A stretch of 64,000 bases of DNA, taken from NCBI RefSeq assembly GCF_006345805.1, contig NC_043011.1, positions 7,378,001 to 7,442,000 of the forward strand, read 5' to 3'. Under the pieces are notes generated by a model. It worked only from the letters and a program-made list of their open reading frames with translations. It did no database searches and was not told where the DNA came from. Numbering within the stretch: the stretch's first letter is position 1; every line of letters starts with the position of its first letter. Made by a program: the position numbers and the translations under genes. Below are positions 36,303 to 50,672 of the stretch, one piece after another. This DNA is from Octopus sinensis (Eukaryota).

Positions 36303-39300
36303 TATACATATATATACAACGGGCTTTCTGGTTTTTATAGCAAAGTGTTTGCTGCTATGTCCAAACAATGGCTATAAATCAAAGGGAGAGAGAATGATTT
36401 GATTGCTTTTATTTTGTGAATCCGTTTCTGCTACATGCATCATCGTTTTAACATCCACTTTTCCATGCTTGAATGAATCAGATTTTCATTGGTTAGATGT
36501 CCTTCTTGTCACTGACCCTCATTTGTATATCTTTTAATTATTTAAGTACATTTAATATTTGTTAAATTTAGAGATGACGACCCCCTGGTCCAAGAAAAAA
36601 AAAGAGAACCCTTGGAATCTAAATATTATATTTATAGGTGCAGGAGTGACTGTGTAATAAGTAGCTTGCTTACCAACCACATGGTTCCGGGTTCGTCCCC
36701 ACTACTATAGCTTTGGGCCAACCAAAGCTTTGTGAATGGATTTGGAAGACAGAAACTGAAAGAAGCCTGTCGTATATATAAATATATATATGTTTGTGTT
36801 TGTCCCCCCCCACCTTTGCTTGACAACCAATGTTGGTGTGTTTACTTCCCTGCAAATTAGCGGTTTGGCAAAAGAGACACCGGTATAAGAATGCAAAAAA
36901 AGACTGTAGTTTGAAATTTCTTAGAAAATACAAGAATACCATTGATTTTCGAGAACCTTTGGGTTCCAAAGACTTTTCAGAATGCTCTCTTTTATTTCTT
37001 TCAGTCATTTGACTGTGGCCCTGCTGGAGCACCACCTTTAGTCAAACAAATCAACCCCAGGATTTATTCTTTGTAAGCCCAGTACTTATTCTATCAGTCT
37101 CTTTTGCTGAACCTCTAAGTTATGGGAATGTAAACACACCAATGTCTGTTGTCAAGCGATGGTGTGAGGGACAAACACAGACACATACATACATACATAC
37201 ATGTATGTATGTATGGCAACTTGGGCAAGTGTCTTCTACTATAGCCTTGGGCCGAGTAAACCCTTTTGGGTCAATTTGGTAGACGGAAACTAAAAAGAAG
37301 CCCATCATTCATTCATACATGCATGCATGTATGAATGAATGAATGAATGAATGATGGGCTTCTTTTTAGTTTCCGTCTACCAAATTAACTCACAGGGGTT
37401 TGCTCGGCCCAAGGCTATAAGTAGAAGACACTTGCCCAAGGTGCCATGCAGTGGGACTGAATGTGTACTATATGTGTACTATATGTGTATGTTTATTATA
37501 TGTATTTGTGTATTTATATGTATACATGTTCTGTTTCTCTTCTCTACAGACATCTGAACTCAGTTTATTGAAAGCTGGGGAAATGCTGCGCAATGCCCTC
37601 ACTCCGCAGTACAAGCAACTGTTTGTCAATATTGGTCGTATTGAAGGTGGCGTGAAATTCCTGGTTGATTTACGAGGGGATGTTTTGGTAAGTCTACTAA
37701 AAATTTGGTTTCAGTTATTCTCTTATATAATTCCTTCATAGAAATAGCATTCATTTATTTTTTTTTTTCATCTTGAATCTTTTTTGGAACTAGTGAATTT
37801 TTTTTTTTGTCGTGTGAGGGTGACATGTAAAAAGCACCATAAGAATGTGGTCGATGCTAGTACCACCTGACTGGCTCCTGTGCCGGTGGCAGATACCAGT
37901 GTGATGCAAATTGGCACCCATGCTGGTGGCACATAAAGGCACCCTAGTGTCGTGCAAATGGCACCCGTGTCAGTGGCATGTAAAAGCACCCATTACACTC
38001 TCAGAGTGGTTGGCGTTAGGAAGGGCATCCAGCTGTAGAAAACTTGCTGGCCTTGTGCCTGAATTTGAAACCAATATTTCAGAGAAATTTTAAAATGTCA
38101 AAAAAAAAAGAAACAAAAACAAAAAAAAATCAATACCCCACCATAAAAACTATTTTTTATTTTTCATGGACAGTAGTTGGGTGCATCTTATCGATTTATT
38201 GGTACAATGTACACACAGCTGTGGGAGGTCTGATTTTATCTACCTGAAAAGGTTTCCAGGAATCTAATCTGTGTGGTCGTTGCGGCTGCTGTTCTCGCTC
38301 AGACTCAAAATTACTGAATCCTTTGATTGTATTGTGCTTTCTTTGTTTTGTTTTTTTATTCTGTAGCCACAGTCTTCACTATATTACATTATTCAATGTG
38401 TTCTTCTGTTTTTGTGATTTGAGGGAGCTTTCACTGTTATTTCTACCTTGTTGAACAACCATGTAGAAGCTTTTGCATTTTAACAGTTTTTTTTTTTCAA
38501 ATTCATTTTTATACTTTATAACTCCATATATATATGTGTGTGTATTTATATATATATATATATATATATATCATCATCATCATCATCATCATTGTTTAAC
38601 GTCTGCTTTCCATGCTAGCATGGGTTGGATGGTTCAACTGGGGTCTGGGAAGCCTGAAGGCTGCACCAGACCAGTCAGATCTGGCAGTGTTTCTACAGCT
38701 GGATGCCCTTCCTAATGCCAACCACTCTGTGAGTGTAGTGGGTGCTTTTTATGTGCCACCGACACAGGTGCCTGACAAGGCTGGCGAACGGCCACGGTTG
38801 GATGGTGTTTTCTTTTTTTTATGTGCCACCGGCACGGAGGCCAGGCGAGGCTGGCAAGGCCACGATCGGATGGTGTTTGTTACGTGCCACCAGCACAGTG
38901 GCCAGTCGATACAGTACTGGCTACGGCCTCATTCGGATGGTTTTCTTATGTGCCACCGGCACTGGTACCACAAACTACAAATTCCATTGATGTTCATCGA
39001 TTTTGATTTGATTTTCACTTGCCTCAACAGGTCTTCACAAGTAGAGTTATATGTCCCAAGAAAGAAGGTATGCACAGGTGGACTGACTACGTCCCAGGTA
39101 GGGGCCATGGGTTATGGCCTCACTTGTCCTGCCGGGTCTGTTTTCCATGCTGGCATGGGTTGAGCGGTTCAACTGGGGTCTGGGAAGCCAGGAGGCTGCA
39201 CCAGGTTCAATCTGATCTTGCAAAGTTTCTACAGCTGGATGCCCTTCCTAACACCAACCACTCTGACAGTGTAGTGGGTGCATTTTACATGCCACTGGCA

Positions 39301-39755
39301 CAGGGGCCAGAAGAGCTGGCATCGACCACAATCAGATGGTGTGGGGGTTTAGCCCGCAGGTGATCTAAACGATTAGGTACTCCAGGTAAGTGCTGTAATT
39401 GATTACTGGGGCTCCAAGGTTATAGCCAAGATGGTAGTTATGGAGCCATTGCAGATTTCCGATATAGTGGACATATAATTGTTAAACAGGACATCAAACG
39501 GTAAGGCAAGGCAAACATCTCAATACAATATTATTACTCTCTTTTACTTGTTTCAGTCATTTGACTGCGGCCATGCTGGAGCACTGCCTTTTAATCGAGC
39601 AACTTGACCCCGGGACTTATTCTTTTGTAATCCCAGTACTTATTCTATCGGTCTCTTTTGCTGAACCGCTATGTAACGGGGACATAAACACACCAGCATC
39701 GGTTGTCAAGCAATGCTAGAGGGACAAACACAGACACACAAACACACACGCACAA

Positions 39756-39786
<31 letters not shown>

Positions 39787-40882
39787 CGACAGACTTCTTT
39801 CAGTTTCCGTCTACCAAATCCACTCACAAGGCTTTGGTCGGCCCGAGGCTATAGTAGAAGACACATGCCCAAGGTGCCACGCAGTGGGACTGAACCCGGA
39901 ACCATGTGGTTGGTAGACAAGCTACTTACGACACAGCCACTCCTGCGCCTATTATAGGAAGAAATTCAAAATCTTACAATTGTCTCTGGGATATCCCTGA
40001 GCATGGGATATTCCCTAATCAGAGACAAACAGGGGGTAAAAAATAGGGAAAATGAGAATGGTATATATCAATGAGATGATGACATAGACGAAGGGAGTAA
40101 AAGAATAAGGAGATGGAAAGAATGAAGTTAAAAGAAGCATAAGAATTTATTGTTCAACTTTCCGAAGTTAAAGAAATCAGAACGACTTCCGCTCATGGAT
40201 CTCCGCAGGATTGCACCTAAGGACTCATGCTCTGGTTTCTACAACTTGGAAAAGTTGAACTATGGACTTTTATGCTTCTTTTTTCTTCTTTCTTTCCATC
40301 TCCTTATTCTTTTACTCCCTTCCTCTATGTTGTCATCTCATTAATGTATACCATTCTCATTTTTCCCTCTTTGTCTCTGATGACGGAATATCCCATACTT
40401 GGGGATATCCCAGAAACAGCTGTAAGACATTGAAGTTTTTTCCAGTGATAATATTTGTATATGACTTGAGATGTTTGCCTTCCTTTAATGTTTGTTGTCC
40501 TCTTTAACAATTATATATATATATGTATATATAAATAGATGAGTGTATTTTACCTTGTTAACATCACTATTAATATCCCTACTCTTTCTGTTAGCTACTT
40601 ATGACGTTATATCATATAACGTTTTTTTAAACAATATTAATAGCGTTCTGTCTATCGCTATACGAATCCATCATTTTTTGCTAAAATGTCGTATTGACAA
40701 GTTTCGTTTTTTCCCTTTCCCGAAGAGAAGATTGCATTGTTTATACCTTTTATTCTTTTGAATAAGTATCAGTGGAATTTTTGAAACATATGTAGAAAGA
40801 AAAAATACTTGTTTAAACCTGCGTTAACTCCATTTTTTATTCCTATATGTATATATATATATATATATGTGTGTGTGTATAT

Positions 40883-40918
<36 letters not shown>

Positions 40919-43900
40919 ATTTGTGTGTCTGTGTTTGTTCCCCTAGCATTGCTTGTCAACCGATGCTGGTGTGTTTATGTCCCCGTTACTTAGCGGTTCG
41001 GCAAAAGAGACCGATAGAATAAGTACTGGGCTTACAAAAAGAATAAGTCCCGGGGTCGAGTTGCTCGATTAAAGGCAGTGCTCCAGCATGGCCGCAGTCA
41101 AATGACTGAAACAAGTAAAAGAATAAAAGAGTATATATATATGTATATATATGGTAAATGACAGATGGAAGATGCAAGAATTTATTATTAATCCCGACAG
41201 TTGTTTCAACACATCTAGCACTGATCCCTCATGGGTGGGACACTTAACAACTGGTTCAGGAGCATCCGTTGGTGCAGGTGTATCTCGTCAGATGATAAAT
41301 AAATACAAAATGTTAAAATAACAGTTCTGCAAGGTAACTACTTGTTTTGTAGAAAGAAAAGCAGCCAGAAAGAGTGAACATCTTCATTTACATAGAAGAT
41401 CAAAAATAAAACCATAGATGGAAAGCAGAGAAACACACAATACATACTCACACACACACACACAGATATATACACACATATGCATATATATTTCGCTTAG
41501 GCATTGTAGGACTAATAAGCTGGTGTAGAACTCAATATATGTGTGCTTCGTAATGAAGTGTTGGACAAGTATAGCGTGAATAAGAAGAAATGACACAGGA
41601 AAAATGATGGTTGTGTTATGAGCTTCATTGACTTACAGTCGTTTCCACTATAGGGCTCGGTTGACTCTTAGTTGAGTGCCTGAATAACATCCTGTAGCTT
41701 CATCAGAGCTTTGAATATGAAATGCAATTTATTTGGGTAAAAAAGATAAATTGCATTTCATATTCGTGGCTCTGATGAAGCACTTGGCTAAGAGCTCACT
41801 TATAGCAGAAACAGCTGTGTGCTAATGAAGTTAATAACATAACGATTGTTTTTCCTGTCATCTCTTTTTCTTATACACATATATATATATATATATATAT
41901 ATCTTCTGCATATAATCTTCAGTATATATAAATGCTTTCCCAAATGAACTTGTACTTTGTTTTTGAAGCTCTGAAGGAGCTATAAGGTGAGGTACCTTAT
42001 ATTTTTGTTGTTTTTGTAAAATCTCAGAAAATAATTAAAAATTCACATTTTTTATCAAATTATTTTGTTATATTTGTCTATCTATCCAACTGTAAACATT
42101 TTAAATATTTCACAAACTTTTGGTAAAAGGGTACATATTTTGCCAAAAATTGCCAAATTTGTTCCCACAGTCTTCTTTATCCAGAACCAGAATTGTAAAC
42201 TTTCTCTTGAAAATATTTCAAACTATTCAAAGTTGAGAGGACTGCACCTAATAGTGGAAACAGCTGCAAGCTTATGAAGTTCATTACATAATATCTTGTT
42301 CCCTTATCTTTCATTACATTCTGTACTCAACTAATGCTTTATTCTGGAACAAGTTCATTGCATTCGAACACCAGGTTATTAATATGAAATTTTTCAAATT
42401 TATATAATCACACATATCCGCATATGTGCTCACATACACTCACACAGCTAAACACTCAAACATATTTGCACACACAACTATCTTCAACAACATCATTTAA
42501 CGTCTGTCTTCTATGCTGGCATGGGTTTGATCTGTTTGACAGGAGCTGGGAAGCCAGGGGATTGCACCAAGTTTTATTGTCTTCTTTCACCTGATTTTTA
42601 CTGTTAGATGCCCTTCCTAACACCAACCACATTACATACATACCATTATATATATATATATATATATATATATTACACACACACAGCTTATAAACAAGAG
42701 CAAAAGAAAAAAATTCTAATGCCAAATAGACAAATCGTCAATAACCGAGATGCATGCTTATAGTGATGAATTGTATGGTTATGGACAATGTGTCTAGTTT
42801 CGGCATATTTGGCATTAGAATTTTGTTTTCTTTTGCCCTTGTTTATAAGTTGTTTATAAATTTAACATTTAAAGGTATTTTTTAATATGCTGGCCATTGA
42901 TAGAATTTTTTTCGAAAAATTTTATCCTATATTAGATATATATAATATATATATATATATATCTATAAAATAATATGTTACAATTACTCAATAGTCAAGA
43001 TAAAACTCTGTGTTTCAGATGCCGAAGTGGAAATCCACAACACCATCTCTTCGGTTATCTGGCCATCTGAAAAAACGCTAAGAAAAAATACCGTTATATA
43101 AAGGGAAATTACTGTGTTATAATTCTGCTACTTATATAAATTAAGATTAAAAGTTCATAGTAAAACATGTAAACATGGCTAGTCATACGCTCACATGTGC
43201 GCTCGCGGACCCACGTGCATACTTATACGTCACTATGAAAACATACACATCTTCACTCGCATTTTTCGCCAAATGTATATGCATATATATACAAACTCAT
43301 ACACACACACACACGCGTACCGTAAAAGTTCATACATATGTCTATATACGCACAAGCACAAGAAAAACCATGGTTAAAGGTAACAGAAAAAAACATAAGG
43401 AAGTATACAAGGCATAAAAACCACGTTTTTTCAGATGGCCAGATAACCGAAGAGATGGTGTTGTGGATTTCCACTTCGGCATCTGAAACTCAGAGTTTTA
43501 TCTTGACTATTGAGTAATTGTAACATATTATTTTATAGATAAATTTCCTCTATTTACATAATATTGAGGTCTCTTTCTTTCCTTTGTTATCTTACCGTTT
43601 TTACCAATATATATATATATATATCTATAAAATTAAAATCGTTTTCTTGATTGCAGCATGAAATGACAGTGACTGGTTTAAACCAAGACAGCCCCCATCT
43701 ACGGATCTTGAACTATTCGCTCCGAGAATTACTGAGTCTCTGGTTTTCTGTGGGTTTATTAAATTTACAAAGAATTACCTGGCAGTCACCATGTGATATG
43801 GTACAGAAGGTACGTCTCTCCCTCCAACTTTTAACTCATAATCTTTTCTACTCAAAGCACAAAGCACGAAATTTTTAGGGTGGGGAGCCAGTCGATTAGA

Positions 43901-46900
43901 TCGACCCCAGTATACAACTGGTACTCAATTTATTGACCCCAAAAGGATGAAAGGCAAAGTTGACCTTGGTGGAATTTGAACTCAGAACTTAAAGACAGAC
44001 GAAATACCGCTATGCTAATGTCTTGCTGTCTTACTTTTAACTCATATTGTAATGCATCAGTGAAGGCACATGTCCAGTGGTTAAGATGTTGCACTCGTGA
44101 TTGCTAGATTGTGGTTTCAATTCCCAGACCAAGCAGTCTATTGTGTTCTTTTCCCATTGTTCCAGTTTGCTCAGCTGTAAATAAGTAACTTTGTTATGAA
44201 CTGGCACCGTGTTCAAGTGGAATGTTGTGATTTTAGTCTCTTAGACATCATGCAAATTGGATAACTGACCTCATCCATTCTATGGTTTGAGAAAGTATAA
44301 TACATAAAATAAAACTTGAAATTTGTAGAAGATGGTAATTCTATATGTTGCCCATAATAAGCCAAATAAAGAACGTGTGTGTATGTATGTATCAGGCAAT
44401 TACTCAGGGTAGGCAGTTGGTGACCTTTACGTAGTAAAATACACAAAAAATAAGCGAAACACAGGCGTGTGACTGAGCTGTAGGCAGATCCATTTCTGCC
44501 TTTATATCACATAAAGAAAACAGTGTTGTAGGAGTGCACACAGCACGTGTACTGCAGCAATACTGTGTGTAGCTTAAATACTGAGAGCGAAAGGCAGAGG
44601 GCAAATTATGCCTGCCTAATTTACAGAAGAATGAAATATTTTGCATTTTATGTATAGTAATCAGGGTAACCTTCATAATTTTATTGAATTTGGGGCATAT
44701 TTTGCCATGAGAGGAAAATGTTGCTTTCCATCTACTTTATTCAAGGTATGCACTGCCTACCTAGGTGGTATGTCCCTGATATATATATATATATATTCTT
44801 TTACTTGTTTCAGTCATTTTGACTGTGGCTATGCTGGAGCACTGCCTTTAGTTGAACAATTCTTTGTAAGTCTAATATTTATTCTATTGGCCTCTTTTAC
44901 TGAACTGCTAAGTTACGGGGACGTAAACACACCAATGTCGGTTGTCAACAGAATGAAGCAAGAGAATTGGATTGTTGTCAGTACAACATCATGAATTACT
45001 TAAGTTTACACATGTTTCACTTGTGAATACTTGTGTTTTATGTAAATAACTGCATAAAAGGGTTGAAACACCAGATCTCCAGAGAAATACTGTAATTCAA
45101 TACTGTAATTCAAATACTGTAATGTCAATACTAGGTACTGACAGGTTGGTCGATAGTGTGAAAACATGTCAGATGTGTGTGTGTGTGTATTCTTTTATTT
45201 GCAGATTAACAAGGTTGCCAGTGGTTTCATGTAAAGAGTGATCTCTTAACAACTTTCAAGCTTGCCACATGAGAACGGTATTTGTCTCCATTTTGGATGA
45301 GAATACATGAGGTTACATGAGGCTGTACGGGATTTAAGGACAAATAATTATACAGATCATGGGGGGTGGGTAACATACACACACACACAAATATTTGTAT
45401 TAATAATAGAAGATGGATCAAATGACATTCTTCATTTAAAATCTCTATAATTGTTTCAACACACTTTTACACTTGTAGTATTTTTTATTTTTATTTTTTT
45501 TTTTACTTGTTTCAGTCATTTGACTGTGGCCATGCTGGAGCACCGCCTTTAGTCGAGCAAATCGACCGCGGGACTTATTCTTTGTAAGCCCAGTACTTAT
45601 TCTATCGGTCTCTTTTGCCGCACCGCTAAGTGACGGGGACGTAAACACACCAGCATCAGTTGTCAAGCAATGCTAGGGGGACAAACACAGACACACATAC
45701 ATACATACAAATATATATATATATATATATATATATGAAAGGCTCCTTTCAGTTTCCGTCTACCAAATCTACTCATAAGGCTTTGGTCGGCTCGGGGCTA
45801 CAGCAGAAGATACTTGCCCAAGGTGCCACGCAGTGGGACTGAACCCAGAACCATGTGGTTGGTTAGCAAGCTACTTACCACACAGCCACTCCTGCGCCTA
45901 TGGTTGTTTTTAGCTATTTATATTCATGTGTGTGTAAGTATCTGTCTATAAGTTTATCTCTCTTTCTCTATGTATGTATGTATGAATAACTGAATGAATG
46001 ATTTTTACTTTTTGTTTTCCACAGATCTCAGAGTACGAAGCTGTCCATCCCATTCGAAACTGGACCGACCTTAAACGCCGTGTTGGCTCCTACCGACGTT
46101 GTTTTGTATTCATTCACAATGCTATGCCAAGGGAGCCAGTTGTTGTGCTCCACACGGCTCTCACAGACACAATCCCATCAAGCATTCATGTAAGTACCGA
46201 TAGTAGAGGGAACTACCATCATTTTGAACCAGTTGTTTTTTAACCTGGGTAGCAGCACCCATTTGGGGTGACTGAATTCTGAAAGAGGTAGAAAATGTCA
46301 TAGTTGGGCTGTAGGAGTCATTGAAAGTATGACTTCTATTTTGGAGGGTTCAGCTTCTACTAGATAAACCTGTGATAATACAGATCAGTCCTCATCAGAC
46401 AAACCCTGGTTAGACTTCATCAAATAGACCTATGTTACCCTGGTCAGTCCTCATAAGACTAGTCAAGGTACCTTGGTCAATCCTCAACAGTCACACAATT
46501 GGTACTCTGGCCAGGTCTCATCAGATACACCTATGGTGTATCATCATTGTCATCGTTATTGTTATAATTATTATCGGATTGAAGGTGGCAAGCTGTTAGG
46601 ATCTTCTTGGTGGAAGATATTAAGCGACTAGAATCCTTCGATCACCTCATTCTACGCCGCATCTTTCGTGTCCGATGGCATCACTTTGTCTCCAACAACA
46701 TCTAGCTGTAAAAAGACAAAAAAAATCTGCCCCAACAAATTCCATCTGATTCATGCAAGCATAGAGAAGTGGACATTGAAACGATGACACTTAGACCTAC
46801 CAGTTATAGCAGATGAGAATTGGTCGATGAAAGAACGGTCATTTTCAGTTTTTCTCTTTCTTACCTTTTTTCAGTCTATAATTAAGTCAAACATCCGTCG

Positions 46901-47194
46901 GAGCACATCAGTCGAAACAGTTCCTCTGGAAGACGATCCGGAGACGGAATTAACTGATGATATTTCAACCGCTGTATTTTATTCCATCACATCCACCCAA
47001 AAAGGTATTTATAAATTCCTTTCCGCTTTTCACATTGAGTCCAGTATGCAACTGGTACTTTTTTTATTGACTCCGAAAGGATGAAAGGTAAAGTCAACAT
47101 TGGCAGGATTTGAACTCAGAATGTAAGGAGCCAGATGAAATGCCACCAAGCATTTCACCCGGCTTGCTAACGATTCTGCCAGCTCGCTGCCTTC

Positions 47195-47231
<37 letters not shown>

Positions 47232-50200
47232 GTTTCAAATTTTGACATAAGTTCAAGGGGAGGAAGCTAGTCAATTACATCAACCCCAATACACAACTGG
47301 TACTTATTTTATCAATCCCGAAAGGATTGAACGGCAAAATCAACCTTGGCTGGATTTGAACCCTGATTGTAAAAGCAGATAAAACACCACTAAGCATTTT
47401 GCCCAGCATGCTAACAATTCTGTCAGCTCACCACCTTAATCATCGCCACTGACAACAACAACAACAGCAATCCCTTCTGCTGTAGGCACAAGTCATGAAA
47501 TTTTGGAGGAGGGATCACATCATCCCCAGAACTTGACTGGTACTTAATATATTGACCCCCGAAAGGATGAAAGGCAAAGTCGCCTTTGGTAGAATTTGAA
47601 CTCAGAACGTAGTGATGGGTGAAATACTGCTAAGCATTTTGCCCGACATGCTAATAATAATAATAATAATAATGTTTAAAGGATTGATGTTACTCCTCCA
47701 GAAATTAAAGAAACAATACGAAGGGTGAAACTGTTATCAAATGAACTTGTGGAAGACTCACAATATTGTTCATTTGATAAAAGTTGCACTCTAATAATAA
47801 TAATAATAATAATAATGTTTTGTCTTGGTATAAAAGATGGGCTACAGCAAATATTCTGCTCAATACCACAGATTTGCTTGTCAGTTGTTTGACCTTAACC
47901 AGTTGACCATGACCCTTAGTGGCTGACAATATGTGCATCTCTGATCACGAGCAGAAGTAGTGGGGGAGCATCATAGCCGTGTGTTGAGAGGGATTCTTTG
48001 GGGTTTGAATAATTCACCTCTGGGAACATGGGTGTTTCGTTCAACATCCTTAAACAACCCTTATTCAGGGACCTTTTGAGCAAGATGGGTTACTCGACCA
48101 GAAGAAAATTCTAACTGGGCCCCACCTGCAAGGTCATGTGCTGTTTATCTTGATATGAGATCACCATGTCGCGCACTTATGGTTGTGATGCATGTGCCTG
48201 GTGTACCCTTATCAGACGAGTAGTCATGATGGGTGTACTGGGCTTCGTATATTTTACCCCAGTGTCACTTTGATGGTATGCACTGCTCTCTCACATAATA
48301 ATAATGACTTCAAATTTTGGTGCAAAGCCAGTAATTTTGAGGGAAGTGGTAAGTTAACTGACCTTGGCAAAAATAAAAATTCTTATTGGTAACCCTAACC
48401 CTAACCCCACCCTCCCATCCCATTACCACATTTTTCCTGGAAATATTTTGTGTTTGTCACTCTGAAAAGTCATCATCATTTCTGCTACCACCACCCACCT
48501 CCACTGCCTTCTTCACCATCATCATTTCGAGAAAGAGGAGGAGGAAGATGGTGGATTGACAGAATTGTTGAACCAAATGCTTTGTGGTTTTTGACTGGGT
48601 TCTTTACATTCAGGGTGTGGGCATGGCTGTGTGGTTAGGGAGCTTGCTTCCTAGCTACATGGTTTCGGGTTCAGTCCCACTGCGTGGCACTTTGGGTAGG
48701 TGTCTTCCACTATAGCCCTGAGCCGACCGGAGCTTTGTGATTGAATTCGGTAGGTGGGAGTTACTGCCGTGTGTGTATGTGTGCATATAACTGCTCAGTG
48801 CCTCTCCGAAAGAGAGAGAGGGTTCAATTCCTAGACATCCTCATCTGTCATCCTTTGCAGGGTTTGATAAAATAAAGTACCAGTGAAGTATTCAGTTCGG
48901 TGTTGTTGGCTTCTTGCTCTCCACAAATGTTCACCTTTCACATGTTGGGCCTCATGGAAGTAATGTGACCGATGCCATTGTCACGTAGCTAGTACCTGTG
49001 CTGGTGTTGCGTAATTAGCACCTGTGCTGGTGTTGCGTAATTAGCACCTGTGCTGGTGTTGCGTAATTAGCACCTGTGCCGGTGTTGCGTAATTAGCACC
49101 TGTGCTGGTGTTGCATAATTAGCACCTGTGCTGGTGTTGCATAATTAGCATCTGCACCAGTGTCTTGTAATTAACACCTGTGTTGGTGTTGGGTAACCAG
49201 CACCTGTCGCTGGTGGCATGTGGAAAAGCTCCTTTCAAGTGTTGGTCTCCACAGAGGCAATGACAAATGACTGAGACCTTTGGCAATATGCTGTGCTTGA
49301 GCAGAAGACCCATCAAGCCAAGTGTAATTGTAGTCGTGGCAGATAATGGTGTCACGTAACTGGCACCTGTGCCAGTGGCACGTAAAACCACACATTGTAC
49401 TCTCGGAATGGTGGGCATTTGGAAGGGCATCCAGCTGTAGAAATCAATGCCAAATCAGACTGGAGCCTGGTGCATGCCAGCCCAGTCGAACTGTCCAACC
49501 CATCCATGCCAGCATGGACAACGGATGTTAAATGATGATGTGTCTCGTCTTAATAATAATAATCCTTTCTACTATAGACATAAGGCCTGAAATGGTGGGG
49601 AAAGGGGGAGCTAGTTGATTACATTGACCCCAGTGCATAACTGGTACATTGACCCCCCCCCCCCCCCACCACCAAAGGATGTAAGGCAAAATTGATCCTT
49701 TGACTCAGGTTTAGTCTTATTCCTGGTAGAATTTATGTGGTCGAGTGGGTTATAACCTGTAACTTTACCCATCCGCAAGCTTTCAACAATCCTTCAAGCG
49801 ATGAAGACTGTTCTGATAATCTTTCCTGTCCATAACAGGCAAGCTTTCTCTTGAAGCGGAACCAGGACATTCCATTTCAGTCTCCTCCAACCATTTGTTT
49901 ATTTCATTACTTACAATCCCTAATGATGCACCAATTATTACAGCCGCAACCATTACAGTTTTCATATTCCAAATTCTCGGAATTTCAAATGTTTTTTTTT
50001 ATCATTATCTTTATTATTATTATTATTATTGGGTGAGAGAGCAGTGCATGCCATCAAAGTGACACTGGGGTAAAATATACGAAGCCCAGTATACCCATCA
50101 TGACTACCCGTCTAATAAGGGTACACCAGGCACATGCATCACAACCATATGTGCGAGACATGATGAACTCATATCACGATAAACAGCACATGACCTTGCA

Positions 50201-50631
50201 GGTGGGGCCCAGTTAGAACTTTCTTCTGGTCGAGTAACCCATCCCGCTCAAAAGGTCCCTGAATAAGGGTTGTTTAAGGATGTTGAACGAAACACCCATG
50301 TTCCCAGAGGTGAATTATTCAAACCCCAAAGAATTCCTCTCAACACATGGCTATGATGCTCCCCCACTACTTCTGCTCGTGATCAGAGATGCACGTATTG
50401 TCAGTCACTAAGGGACATGGTCAATTGGTTAAGGTCAAACAAATGACAAGCAAATCTGTGGCATTGAGCAGAATATTTGCTGTAGCCCATCTTTTATACC
50501 AAGACAAAACAATGTACGTGATAACACTTTCAATCAGTTAAGATCAGAAGCCATGAGAGCCACTGTCTGGTACTGCATCAGGGCATTTATTATTAATATT
50601 CTTATTATTATTATTATCATTATTATTATTA

Positions 50632-50672
<41 letters not shown>

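Noticed and set aside
46380-46535. Two ctcatcag (CTGATGAG on minus) boxes
   Set aside because: No GAAA/stem III partner; they are part of an imperfect short tandem repeat.
48992-49225. CRISPR-like array
   Set aside because: Units are contiguous with no unique spacers, the context is eukaryotic and there are no cas genes.
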